Notes: generated from the letters alone by a model not told the origin. A DNA stretch of 64,000 nt from Nitrososphaerales archaeon (GCA_047517285.1 JAKZTE010000004.1:5500-69499), one strand, 5' to 3'; positions 31,599 through 40,838 are shown, numbered from the stretch's first letter. Made by a program: numbers and translations.

Positions 31599-32840
31599 AT
31601 GGTAAATGATATTTTAGTAATTGATCCAAGTATCGCAGGTATATCAGGAGATATGCTATTAAGTTCAACAATAGATTTAGGAGCAGATGAAGAGTTAGTA
31701 ATCGACAATATAGAGAGTATTAAAGATTATTTCAAGAATTGTAATCGTCTAGAGATAAGTTTTATCGATGTAATAAAAAATGGGTTTCGTGCGAAAAAAG
31801 CAAATATTGTAATTCAAGAAGATAATACGACGCACAATGTAAATAAATTAAATAATAACTTGGAGAATTGCGTCAAAAATATTTCCATATCTGAAGATGC
31901 CAGGTCGTTCATAAAGAGGTCGTTTGAGAATTTAATTTCTGCAGAAAAGAGATTACACGGAGTGACAAAAGAAGAGATGCATTTACATGAAGCAGGTTCA
32001 ATAGACACATTTGTTGATATTATTGGAACCGGAACTGCGTTAGATAATTTAGGATTATTTAAATTAAAACAGATCATAACTACACCGGTTTCAGTCGGAG
32101 GGGGAGATATAACATTCTCACATGGAAAAATGCAGAATCCAGCACCGGCGGTATTAGAGATTGCTAGAAGAAATAACATAATAATTAAAGGAGGGCCAGG
32201 GATGTATGAAACTGCAACTCCGACAGGCATGTCGATGCTAGCGGCATTGGTAGAAGATAGTCAAGAATTTTTCCCTGGAATAAAACCAGACACAATAGGG
32301 ATAGGAGCAGGTTCGGCTGATTTTAAAGAGATACCAAACATTCTAAGAATTACATTAGGACAGAGATCCAAATTAGTTACTGACGAAGTTGCAATAATTG
32401 AAACAAACATAGATGATAGAACGGGAGAAGAATTAGGTTACGCAATGCAGAAGATAATTGATTATGGTGCATTAGATGTATCATTAATACCAACAATAGG
32501 AAAGAAGGGTCGCCCAAGTAATGTATTAAAAGTAATTACAAACTTAAGCAAAACAGAGTTTTTCTCCGATATTGTTATGCGAGAAACAGGAACACTGGGC
32601 GTGAGAGTATATCCAATATCAAGATTCATACAGATGAGGGAGAATGTGAAGATAAATGTAAGGATAAATGATGATGATGATGAAATTGATGTAAAAGTAG
32701 TCAAATCAGAATCTGGAGAAATTATTCAATTTAAGCCAGAATTTGATCAGATTATCAAATTATCTGAGAAACATAAGATGAATTTAATAGTGTTAAAAGA
32801 TGACATTTCGAAACAGATACAAAAAAAATTATTTAATTGA
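31599..32840 (+). CDS. larC: Nickel-pincer cofactor nickel insertase LarC
   Basis: AGISGDM, HLHE..SIDT..DI, TPTG, ETNIDD, KKGRP, ETGTLGVR, KPEFD. Confidence 0.93.
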   Translation: MVNDILVIDPSIAGISGDMLLSSTIDLGADEELVIDNIESIKDYFKNCNRLEISFIDVIKNGFRAKKANIVIQEDNTTHNVNKLNNNLENCVKNISISEDARSFIKRSFENLISAEKRLHGVTKEEMHLHEAGSIDTFVDIIGTGTALDNLGLFKLKQIITTPVSVGGGDITFSHGKMQNPAPAVLEIARRNNIIIKGGPGMYETATPTGMSMLAALVEDSQEFFPGIKPDTIGIGAGSADFKEIPNILRITLGQRSKLVTDEVAIIETNIDDRTGEELGYAMQKIIDYGALDVSLIPTIGKKGRPSNVLKVITNLSKTEFFSDIVMRETGTLGVRVYPISRFIQMRENVKINVRINDDDDEIDVKVVKSESGEIIQFKPEFDQIIKLSEKHKMNLIVLKDDISKQIQKKLFN

Positions 32841-33593
32841 TTTTTTTTGAACAATAATTGCTGCAAGAACTCCTGCGGCAATACCGGAATCAATATTTAC
32901 AGTTGCAATACCGAGTGCACAGGATTGTAGCATGCTCATCAATGCAGCAGTTCCTTTGTCACCATAACCATAACCGATTGATGTTGGCACTCCAATAACA
33001 GGTATGTCAACCATGCCAGCAATAATAGAAGGCATAGCTCCTTCACGACCTGCAACGGCCACTATCACATCTGCATCGTCTTGAATAACAGATGAAAGTG
33101 AGGAGAATAATCTATGTATTCCCGCAATTCCAACGTCATAATATGTAGTGCTTCTACATCCTACTTCGTCAACTATTACTTTAGCTTCTTCAGCAACAGG
33201 AATATCGGCAGTACCTGCAGTAATAATTGCAACATGTCCATGAACTTTTTGCTTCTTTTTATTAGATATTACAACAGTATTTGCAAGAACATTTTTACGA
33301 ATGTATTTTTTAGTGAAAGACTTGGAGATTGCAGCAATATGAAATTTATCAGTACGACTAATTATCACATGACCTGAAGTTGAGAACATGTTTTTAGCGA
33401 TTTTAACAACTTGATCTGGAGACTTTCCTTCTGCAAGAATGATCTCAGGAACTCCTTTTCGAAATGAACGTCCAGTATCAATCTTTGCGATATTCTGAAC
33501 TTCGTGTATAGAATTTAATTGAATTTGTTTTTTTGCAGTACTAGGAGTAAGTTCGCCAGTTGAAACTTTTTTCAATATTTCATCAATGGTCAT
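32829..33593 (-). CDS. larB: Nickel-pincer cofactor carboxylase/hydrolase LarB
   Basis: R.G.PE...EGK, AGTADIPVAEEA, DVGIAGIHRL, VPTSIGYG, SC, VNIDSG. Confidence 0.94.
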   Translation of the reverse strand: MTIDEILKKVSTGELTPSTAKKQIQLNSIHEVQNIAKIDTGRSFRKGVPEIILAEGKSPDQVVKIAKNMFSTSGHVIISRTDKFHIAAISKSFTKKYIRKNVLANTVVISNKKKQKVHGHVAIITAGTADIPVAEEAKVIVDEVGCRSTTYYDVGIAGIHRLFSSLSSVIQDDADVIVAVAGREGAMPSIIAGMVDIPVIGVPTSIGYGYGDKGTAALMSMLQSCALGIATVNIDSGIAAGVLAAIIVQKKSIK

Positions 33594-33603
33594 TTTTGTA
33601 AGA

Positions 33604-34410
33604 TTATTTATTTAGATTACCTGATTTATAACCTGATAGTTCCAAGGTTATGTACTTGAAACCAATGTGTTTTAATTCTTTGTCGATTCTATCCATTATT
33701 AATTCATCAAACAACAATGAGCGTTCATGTTTTCCCACTTCAATTCTTGCCATATTATTATGATCTCGCACACGTAAAATTTCAATCCCTGTAAGTTCTT
33801 TAATGAATGCTTCAGCTTTTTCGATTTTTGTTAATGTTTTGAGGGTTATAGGCTGGCCATAAGAGACACGTGAAGAAAGACACGGTGCAGATGGTCTATC
33901 TGCAGTTGGTAATTGTAGATGTTTGGAGATATTTCTAATGTCAAGTTTAGTAAATTTAAGATCTACAAAAGGATGATGAATTTGATTTTCATTTGCTGCT
34001 TGTAGACCAGGACGAAAATCAGATAAGTCGTCCATATTTGTGCCATCTATTATAATCTCAATATCTTTTTCCTTTGAAAGATTGGACAAAGTCGAAAATA
34101 ATTCAGACTTGCAATAATAACATCGATTAGATGGATTTTGAGTGTATTGTGGATTTTCCATTTCATTAGTATTTACTACAAGATGTTTGATTCCAATCAT
34201 TTTAGCAAGAGATTTTGCGTTAGTCAATTCACTTCTTGGGATACTAGGTGAATCGGCTGTAACTGCAATTGCTTTTTTACCGATGCTGGTAAATGCTGCT
34301 TTTGCTAACAAAGTACTATCTACTCCGCCTGAAAATGCAATCAAAACGGAATCATAATTTTTAAACCATGATTCTAAATCGTGTAATTTTGAAGTAATAG
34401 TGCTTTGCAA
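33604..34410 (-). CDS. larE: ATP-dependent sulfur transferase LarE
   Basis: PP-loop AFSGGVDS, RCYYCK, DGTN.DD..DFRPG, CLSSR, RVR. Confidence 0.94.
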   Translation of the reverse strand: MQSTITSKLHDLESWFKNYDSVLIAFSGGVDSTLLAKAAFTSIGKKAIAVTADSPSIPRSELTNAKSLAKMIGIKHLVVNTNEMENPQYTQNPSNRCYYCKSELFSTLSNLSKEKDIEIIIDGTNMDDLSDFRPGLQAANENQIHHPFVDLKFTKLDIRNISKHLQLPTADRPSAPCLSSRVSYGQPITLKTLTKIEKAEAFIKELTGIEILRVRDHNNMARIEVGKHERSLLFDELIMDRIDKELKHIGFKYITLELSGYKSGNLNK

Positions 34411-34455
34411 TTTCTATAATCATGTAAACATCACAATAGTTAAAATGTTTATAAT

Positions 34456-35016
34456 TTATCTAACTTTGATTATACGATTTTCAGTAATAATCAGGTCCAT
34501 AGGGACATCATGTTCGATAATATCAATCTCATCAACAACCTGGAAATCAAATGCTAGTGCAATTTTATATCCAACAGATTGAGAATTTAGGAATTTATCA
34601 TAATATCCAGAACCAAAACCTAGCCTATTACCTGATTGATCAAAGGCAAGGCCAGGAACAATAATAACGTCAATATTCATACAAATTTCTCCATCTGTGG
34701 GTTCAAGAATGCCAAGATTATTTGTTTTCAGAGTATCGGTACTGTTGATTATATGAAATATCATATTTTTAGATTCAACATTAATCCTGGGCAGACAAAC
34801 TGTTTTTCCAGCATTCAGGGTTTTATCAATCATATTATGAGTATTAACTTCCGTATTCAAAGAATAATAAAAAGCAGCGCAGTCACTCTTCATGAAGATT
34901 TCATTAGAGAATAATTTATTCTGTATACTTTGAGATTTGAGATTAATATCATCTACAGATTGTGATGTGCGTGTATGTTTAATTTGGCTACGAATTAATT
35001 CACGAGAATCAGTCAT
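34456..35016 (-). CDS. 5-formyltetrahydrofolate cyclo-ligase
   Basis: GILEP, IVPGLAFDQSGNRLGFGSGYYD, HDVPMD.IITE. Confidence 0.93.
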   Translation of the reverse strand: MTDSRELIRSQIKHTRTSQSVDDINLKSQSIQNKLFSNEIFMKSDCAAFYYSLNTEVNTHNMIDKTLNAGKTVCLPRINVESKNMIFHIINSTDTLKTNNLGILEPTDGEICMNIDVIIVPGLAFDQSGNRLGFGSGYYDKFLNSQSVGYKIALAFDFQVVDEIDIIEHDVPMDLIITENRIIKVR

Positions 35017-35020
35017 ATGT

Positions 35021-35395
35021 TTATTGACTATTATCCTTAATCCATGTAATTAATGCTTTTTCATTTGAGTCACTGCTGTTATTAATAACTGGAACAACAA
35101 TATTTTCTTGAGGAGAATTAATAGTAGATGTAAAAGTTGACATTTCTGCATATTCAATGTCCACCCACATAATACCATTGTCAACAAATTGTTCAGTGAG
35201 TCGTTCATCTACTCCACCAAAAGTTAAATTAAGAAGTCGATAAACAACACCGTCAATCCATTTAACATATGGAGAAGTCATTGAATGGGACTGTATTGCA
35301 GTTCGGCGTGCCAAATTATCAGGAGAATCATGTTTAATCAAACTAGAAATAATATATTCTTTAACTGGTCTGGAGCTTATTTTCATCTTTCTCAC
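35021..35395 (-). CDS. Hypothetical archaeal protein
   Basis: 124-aa ORF co-oriented in the operon; no functional motif recognised. Confidence 0.7.
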   Translation of the reverse strand: MRKMKISSRPVKEYIISSLIKHDSPDNLARRTAIQSHSMTSPYVKWIDGVVYRLLNLTFGGVDERLTEQFVDNGIMWVDIEYAEMSTFTSTINSPQENIVVPVINNSSDSNEKALITWIKDNSQ

Positions 35396-35417
35396 TTTGA
35401 GTCTAAATTTCTAATAC

Positions 35418-35921
35418 TTAAATGAATAGTGTCAATGCATCAGGTTCGCTGGCCCATGATAAGAATGCAGATGCTCCAACAATATCATCGACTTCAGGAA
35501 TAAGATCCTCTTCTTTAACATCCATGAATCCCATAGTAGGTGAACAAGCATGGAGTTTGACGCCACTGTCTTTAGCCATTTTAATCATTTCATATATATT
35601 AGGCCAAAATTTTTCGATCTTACTCTTCATCATAGTAGAAGCCACCTTAGTCATACCAGGAATTATACCAACTATATTTGGCATAGGCATGCCAGGATTT
35701 CCGACTGGTGCAATCTTTACAGAATTAACACCGTCTTTAGTTAGCGCTTTAAGACCCCAGAAAGTGAAATACATATCACAAGTCATTCCCATAGCAGGTG
35801 CAGTTGTAGCGAGAACAAGAGCAGGATAAAGCATATCAATAGTCCCTTTAGACACTACTAAGACGAGTCTCTTTTTTTGGATTCCGTTATTGCCAGGCTG
35901 ATTAGTAGTCAAATTTATCAC
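35418..35921 (-). CDS. DsrE/DsrF/DrsH-like sulfur-relay protein (DsrE2 type)
   Basis: SKGTID, YFTFWGL, conserved Cys in LHACSPTM, VGASAFL. Confidence 0.9.
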   Translation of the reverse strand: MINLTTNQPGNNGIQKKRLVLVVSKGTIDMLYPALVLATTAPAMGMTCDMYFTFWGLKALTKDGVNSVKIAPVGNPGMPMPNIVGIIPGMTKVASTMMKSKIEKFWPNIYEMIKMAKDSGVKLHACSPTMGFMDVKEEDLIPEVDDIVGASAFLSWASEPDALTLFI

Positions 35922-36166
35922 TTTTTCTGAATATGAAATATAAAGGTCTTAGGAGAAGTATCTTCCACAGCACTATCAAGTAGAATATTGCCAGTTGTAT
36001 GTGCCCAACCTTCAAAATCTATAGGGGCGCCAGGATCAGTAGTAATAACCTTAAGAATTTGACCCGACGAGAGTTTGGCTATTTCCTTATAAGTATTAAT
36101 GATTGGAAGTGGGCAGAGTAATCCTTTTTGATCTAACGTTTGAGAGATATTAAAATTTTCAGACAT
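35918..36166 (-). CDS. tusA: TusA/SirA family sulfur carrier
   Basis: LD.KGLLCPLP (CPxP), TDPGA..D..W. Confidence 0.92.
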   Translation of the reverse strand: MSENFNISQTLDQKGLLCPLPIINTYKEIAKLSSGQILKVITTDPGAPIDFEGWAHTTGNILLDSAVEDTSPKTFIFHIQKK

Positions 36167-36188
36167 CACCTTGATCAACTCCAATAAA

Positions 36189-36854
36189 CTACTTTGTAGA
36201 TGGATCGGCTATCAAACGAATATATGGCTTTACTGTTCTCCATCCATCTGGAAACAGAGATTTTGCTTCTTCGTCTTTGACTGCAGGAACAATTATAACA
36301 TCGTCTCCTTTTTTCCAATTTGCAGGAGTAGCTAATTTATGCTTTGCAGTCAATTGTAGTGAATCAATAATTCTCAGAATCTCTTTAAAATTACGTCCAG
36401 TAGCCATAGGATAACTTAAATGTAATTTGATTTTTTTATCAGGGCCTATAATGAAAACAGATCGAACAGTTTGATTGTCTGCGGCAGTACGGCCAATGCA
36501 ACTACCTTCCGTAGAAGCTGGTAACATATCATATAGTTTTGCAATACGAAGTTCTGTATCTGCAATAAGCGGATAATTAGGTCGGAACCCTGTAACTTCT
36601 GCAATATCGTCCAGCCAAGCTACGTGATCAGCTACTGGATCAACGCTTAAACCTATAATTTTTGTATTTCTACTAAGAAATTCAGACTCGAGTTCGGCAA
36701 GTGCGCCAAGCTCTGTAGTACATACTGGTGTGAAATCTTTTGGATGTGAAAATAACACAGTCCATCCTTCGCCAATCCAATTATGAAATTCGATTTCTCC
36801 ATGGGTGGTCTCTATTTTAAAATCAGGTGCGATATCATTTATTCTAAGCGACAT
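36189..36854 (-). CDS. 1-Cys peroxiredoxin (Prx6)
   Basis: FSHPKDFTPVCTTE, GRNF.EILR, ATPANW; start set at MSLRI. Confidence 0.95.
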   Translation of the reverse strand: MSLRINDIAPDFKIETTHGEIEFHNWIGEGWTVLFSHPKDFTPVCTTELGALAELESEFLSRNTKIIGLSVDPVADHVAWLDDIAEVTGFRPNYPLIADTELRIAKLYDMLPASTEGSCIGRTAADNQTVRSVFIIGPDKKIKLHLSYPMATGRNFKEILRIIDSLQLTAKHKLATPANWKKGDDVIIVPAVKDEEAKSLFPDGWRTVKPYIRLIADPSTK

Positions 36855-37029
36855 CAGAAGTTCCTCCATTTTTGCTATTTTGTATATTTTGGTTCATTGA
36901 TTATAACCCAGTTATAATTATAATGGCGTTATATATATAAAGATATAGTAAATACAATAAAATAATAAAAATTCATAGAGATAAATTGAGAAAAAATAGT
37001 CGTATATATTTAAACAAAGAATCTCAAGG

Positions 37030-37359
37030 ATGTTTATGAATATAAAAATTGAATTCCCAATAAAGTTTCAAGTTGATGTAAATTTAACAGAATCCAATAT
37101 TTCAGGAAAAATTTTTAATGATGATTTAGAAATTCCAATATATATCAAACATGGAGAAAAAGAAATTCTTATTCCTGAAGAATTTCAGGATGTTGGCAGA
37201 AACATTAAAATAAATTTTACAACCGAAAATGAGAAAATAGTAACTATAACAGGAAAAACAGAAATGAACGACATACAATTAATTCAGATATATGATACTG
37301 AATTATGGAATAAAATGGCAAATGATAATCCTGTATCTATGTACATGGAAAGTATTTAG
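37030..37359 (+). CDS. Hypothetical protein
   Basis: 109-aa ORF filling the gap, preceded by a TATA-like TATTTAAA. Confidence 0.65.
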   Translation: MFMNIKIEFPIKFQVDVNLTESNISGKIFNDDLEIPIYIKHGEKEILIPEEFQDVGRNIKINFTTENEKIVTITGKTEMNDIQLIQIYDTELWNKMANDNPVSMYMESI

Positions 37360-37387
37360 TAATATTATGAAAGAGATAGTGTAAGAA

Positions 37388-38731
37388 ATGAAAATACTGA
37401 TCACGGGAGCAAGTGGTTTTATTGGTAAGAAACTTGTTCGATTTCTATTAGACAAAAAAATATCCGTTCGAGTAATGTCAAGGAATTTAAAGAGTTTAGA
37501 TAATCTAGAACATAATAATCTAGAGAAAATAAAAGCTGATGCACAAGACTATAAACAAGTACTGAAGGCTCTAGAAGGAATTGATGTTGCGTATTACCTT
37601 ATTCATTCAATGGAGGGTAAATCAAAGGATTGGGAAAGATTTGCAGATCTGGATAAAAGGATTGCAAGGAACTTTGCCGATGCGGCAACAGAATGCAATG
37701 TAAAGAGAATAATATATGTAGGAGGATTAGCGAGCATCCCAGATAATGAAATGTCCAAACATATGTCAAGTAGACAAGAAGTAGGCGAGATTTTAAAAAC
37801 GTCGAAAGCTAAGGTCACAGTGTTTCGTGCTTCAGTCATTCTAGGTAAAGGGGGTGGAGGCTTTGAAATGATGAGGTATTTAGTAGAAAGATTACCAATA
37901 ATGGTCTGTCCAAGATGGGTTCTGACAAAATTACAGCCAATATACATAGACGATGTGATACTATATCTCTATGAAAGTTTGAATGTTAAAGAAACTGAAG
38001 CGAGAACATTCGATATTGGAGGACCTGACATACTAGAATATAGAGAAATGATGAAAAAGTATGGAAAAATCAATAATAAATCTATAATAATGATAATTAT
38101 ACCATTTCTAAGCCTGAGATTCACCTCATATTGGGTAGATTTGGTTACGCCGATAAGAGCATCATTAGCGCGGCCATTAGTGGAAGGATTAAAAAATCAA
38201 TCAGTAATGACTGAGAAATCAATAATGGACCTGATACCAATCCCACTAAAAGGAGTAGATGAATCATTAAAGTTAACTTCGTATGAGGAAGATAAAGAAG
38301 ACTTCACAAAAAAAGAAAATTACCTTTCTTATTTATTGATAATATTAGGAATTACAGGGGTCTTACATTATCTCATAGATCAAAGATTGATGACAATGCA
38401 ACCATTAACAGGCATAGTAACATTGGTCTGGTTAACAGTAATTGGAATAGGTTATTATTTCGTAAGAAAGAGAGCTAGACTAGGATCGTTGTTGGCAGGA
38501 ATAGTAGGTTGGACTGCAGCGTTATTCTGGTTAACAGACACAATGTATTTGATTTCATATTTACCAAAAATTGGACCATATCAAGTTAGTGAAGGAATGG
38601 CAATTTTAGGAAGTTTTCCTGATGTAAACACGTCAATATTGAACATAATAGGTCTATGTGTAGTTGCATTATTACTAGTAATAGCACACTTTACATTTTA
38701 TGATAAAGAGATTTACACAACACAGTTATGA
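37388..38731 (+). CDS. Atypical SDR/NAD(P)-dependent epimerase (YbjT-like) fused to a C-terminal ~4-TM domain
   Basis: ITGASGFIG, AYYLIHSM, HMSSRQEVG, FRASVILG, QPI; hydrophobic C-terminus. Confidence 0.85.
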   Translation: MKILITGASGFIGKKLVRFLLDKKISVRVMSRNLKSLDNLEHNNLEKIKADAQDYKQVLKALEGIDVAYYLIHSMEGKSKDWERFADLDKRIARNFADAATECNVKRIIYVGGLASIPDNEMSKHMSSRQEVGEILKTSKAKVTVFRASVILGKGGGGFEMMRYLVERLPIMVCPRWVLTKLQPIYIDDVILYLYESLNVKETEARTFDIGGPDILEYREMMKKYGKINNKSIIMIIIPFLSLRFTSYWVDLVTPIRASLARPLVEGLKNQSVMTEKSIMDLIPIPLKGVDESLKLTSYEEDKEDFTKKENYLSYLLIILGITGVLHYLIDQRLMTMQPLTGIVTLVWLTVIGIGYYFVRKRARLGSLLAGIVGWTAALFWLTDTMYLISYLPKIGPYQVSEGMAILGSFPDVNTSILNIIGLCVVALLLVIAHFTFYDKEIYTTQL

Positions 38732-39181
38732 AATAATAAGAAAATATCCTAATGCAGCGCCATAAATTGCGTGATTTACGAAACTTGCAATAATGGGAAG
38801 ATTTCCTAATGGATGCTGAAGAGGTTTGACTTTTGTAATTGGCTCATGGATAACTAGAACTACTAGAGCAAAAAGAAATCCTAAAACTATTCCAGAGATT
38901 AAATATGACACCTGAAAGTTAATTATACTTACAGCAATAGCAAAAGCTATACCTCCAAGCCCACCGTGTAGAAGATGAAAAAAGAAGCTCGGAATTAACA
39001 GTTCTTCAGGATTATTTTTAATAATTTTAGATGTAATAACCTGGTTTTCGTGCCATTCGAGAACAGAGATCATTCCCCATTTTTTATACATTGGGACTTG
39101 AAGAATGGACATTGCACCTGTTGCGATAAAACCTGCAATCAATCCATTTAAGATAAAATCAATATTCATTTCAAAAACCAC
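38726..39181 (-). CDS. Four-TM membrane protein with conserved histidines (paralog A)
   Basis: GLIAGFIAT..MS, WHE, FHLLHG, IHEP, NHAIYG. Confidence 0.75.
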   Translation of the reverse strand: MVFEMNIDFILNGLIAGFIATGAMSILQVPMYKKWGMISVLEWHENQVITSKIIKNNPEELLIPSFFFHLLHGGLGGIAFAIAVSIINFQVSYLISGIVLGFLFALVVLVIHEPITKVKPLQHPLGNLPIIASFVNHAIYGAALGYFLIIS

Positions 39182-39659
39182 TCCATACAGTAAATACTTT
39201 ATAGAAATTAACAGTTAATTCATAATATTGAACCAAGATAAGACCATAGATAGCATGGCCAGATACACTGATCAAAGCAGGTTTGTAGCCAAATGGACTC
39301 TCGCTCAAAGATTCACCAGTAATCAATTTATGAACGGGTAATAACGTAACAATCCAAACTATAACAGAATAAAGCATTCCAAGCAGAATAGTTGGAAAAG
39401 TATTTGTGTAACTAATGTAAAAAACAAATGGAATTGACAATAATGAACCATTAATCACGTGAGTAAGAAATCCGAATGAAGAGATTTTATTGTGAAATTC
39501 TCGATTTGCCAATTTACAAAACATCATTTCACTTTCATGAAGTTCATAGACTCCTTTGAGTCCCCATTTTTTATAAAATGGATATTCGAAGATAGACATA
39601 GCCACAGTAGGAAGAATTCCTGCGATGAATCCAATAAACAAATAATCTATGTAAGTCAA
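39171..39659 (-). CDS. Four-TM membrane protein with conserved histidines (paralog B)
   Basis: GFIAGILPT..MS, LHE, THVING, VHKL, GHAIYG; aligns with the adjacent paralog (shared P.YKKWG). Confidence 0.75.
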   Translation of the reverse strand: MTYIDYLFIGFIAGILPTVAMSIFEYPFYKKWGLKGVYELHESEMMFCKLANREFHNKISSFGFLTHVINGSLLSIPFVFYISYTNTFPTILLGMLYSVIVWIVTLLPVHKLITGESLSESPFGYKPALISVSGHAIYGLILVQYYELTVNFYKVFTVWSGF

Positions 39660-39708
39660 TATTCAATGAATATTTTGTCATCATTTATAATTATACAAAA
39701 AAAATGAT

Positions 39709-39740
39709 ACATAGTGCCAATAATTTGGTCTAGTGCTAAA
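39709..39740. promoter_or_regulatory. Candidate operator: two TAGTGCYAA repeats in a divergent promoter
   Basis: ATAGTGCCAA (39711) and CTAGTGCTAA (39730) between two TATA-like elements. Confidence 0.35.
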
Positions 39741-39774
39741 TACTATATATATTAGAATGTGATTTATTGTCTCA

Positions 39775-40632
39775 ATGGTCTATATAAGAAATAAACGAGT
39801 AAAGGGAATGAATTATTCGTACCTAGTAAAAAGTGTCTGGGACAAAAAGAAAAAGTCATCAAAACAGGAAACGATAAAATATCTCGGAAGAACTGACAAG
39901 ATCGCATTAGAGGACATTCCAAAAGATTACATAGATGACAAGAATATAATTAAGTTCTTTGCAAGTGATCAGAACGCATCAGGTGAAAATTATAATAAAT
40001 ATGTGGAAAAGGTGCGTAAAGATTTATTCAAAAAATTAGCAGGTCCTGGGCCTGTTAACCTAGATACTGTATATGATGGATACAGTGATGATTTTTCAAT
40101 ACTAGAATTTTATGACAGAATAGTGAAGCACATTCTATATGACGTAGGTGATCTTTGGAAGCGAGATGAATTAATGATAGGAACAGAACATGTTGTAAGT
40201 AATAGATTACTTGGGATGATTAGTGAGATAAATAAAAAAGATATGAAGAAGAAGAAGAAATCTAAATTATTAATATGTAATCCTTCTGGTGAACGTCATA
40301 ATATTGTATGTAATATGCTTGAATCGATATTAACTAACAAGGGTTATAATGTATATAATATATCCCCGTCGACTCCAAGCAAAGATGTGATAAAATACGT
40401 AGCAAATATCGAACCAGATATGGTATTAGTATCTATAACACTTCCTGCAAATGTACAAAGTGGTATAAATCTTGTTAAGAACATATCCAAAGACTATGAC
40501 AAACCCATAGTAGTCGGAGGTCAGGCATTAACAGAAAGTAGCTCAAAGAGATTTCTACCAGCCATAGTAATGTCTAATGAAAATACATTAAACGATAATT
40601 TAAAGGAAATTAAGAATTTAGTTCCTGCTTAA
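39775..40632 (+). CDS. CarH-like cobalamin-binding regulator with non-MerR N-terminal DNA-binding domain
   Basis: W-x9-EH (WKRDELMIGTEH), GERH, SIT, VVGG; N-terminal YIRNKRVKGMNYSYLVKSVWD..KQETIKYLGR. Confidence 0.85.
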   Translation: MVYIRNKRVKGMNYSYLVKSVWDKKKKSSKQETIKYLGRTDKIALEDIPKDYIDDKNIIKFFASDQNASGENYNKYVEKVRKDLFKKLAGPGPVNLDTVYDGYSDDFSILEFYDRIVKHILYDVGDLWKRDELMIGTEHVVSNRLLGMISEINKKDMKKKKKSKLLICNPSGERHNIVCNMLESILTNKGYNVYNISPSTPSKDVIKYVANIEPDMVLVSITLPANVQSGINLVKNISKDYDKPIVVGGQALTESSSKRFLPAIVMSNENTLNDNLKEIKNLVPA

Positions 40633-40679
40633 CATAATCTAATTACGAAATACGTATGCCGTTAAGAAAGAGGAGGAAA

Positions 40680-40838
40680 TGGGGACGGCAGGATTTGAAC
40701 CCACGATCTCCCGGTCACTGCTGCTCCAAAGGTACATCATCCAATAAGTCAGTTTTTACCTAAATTATACTATTAGCTTCTGGAGCCGTTAGCGGCACAA
40801 CAAGTGCTGACGCCATAACCGAGCTAGGCTACGTCCCC
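40680..40838 (-). tRNA. tRNA-Trp(CCA) with two introns (28/29: 40789-40808; 37/38: 40716-40779)
   Basis: Acceptor GGGGACG/CGTCCCC+A; removing both introns gives a 75-nt cloverleaf with TCCGG-CTCCAGA-CCGGG. Confidence 0.93.

Noticed and set aside
36870-37029. AT-rich gap as a replication origin
   Set aside because: No ORB repeats or adjacent cdc6/orc1; explained as a divergent promoter region.
39775-39920. Transposase-like N-terminus as an IS element or pseudogene
   Set aside because: No catalytic domain, terminal inverted repeats or target duplication; fused in an intact frame to a B12-binding domain.
31428-40838. Region between the two tRNAs as an integrated element
   Set aside because: No integrase, no duplicated tRNA 3' end seen, and composition resembles the flanks.
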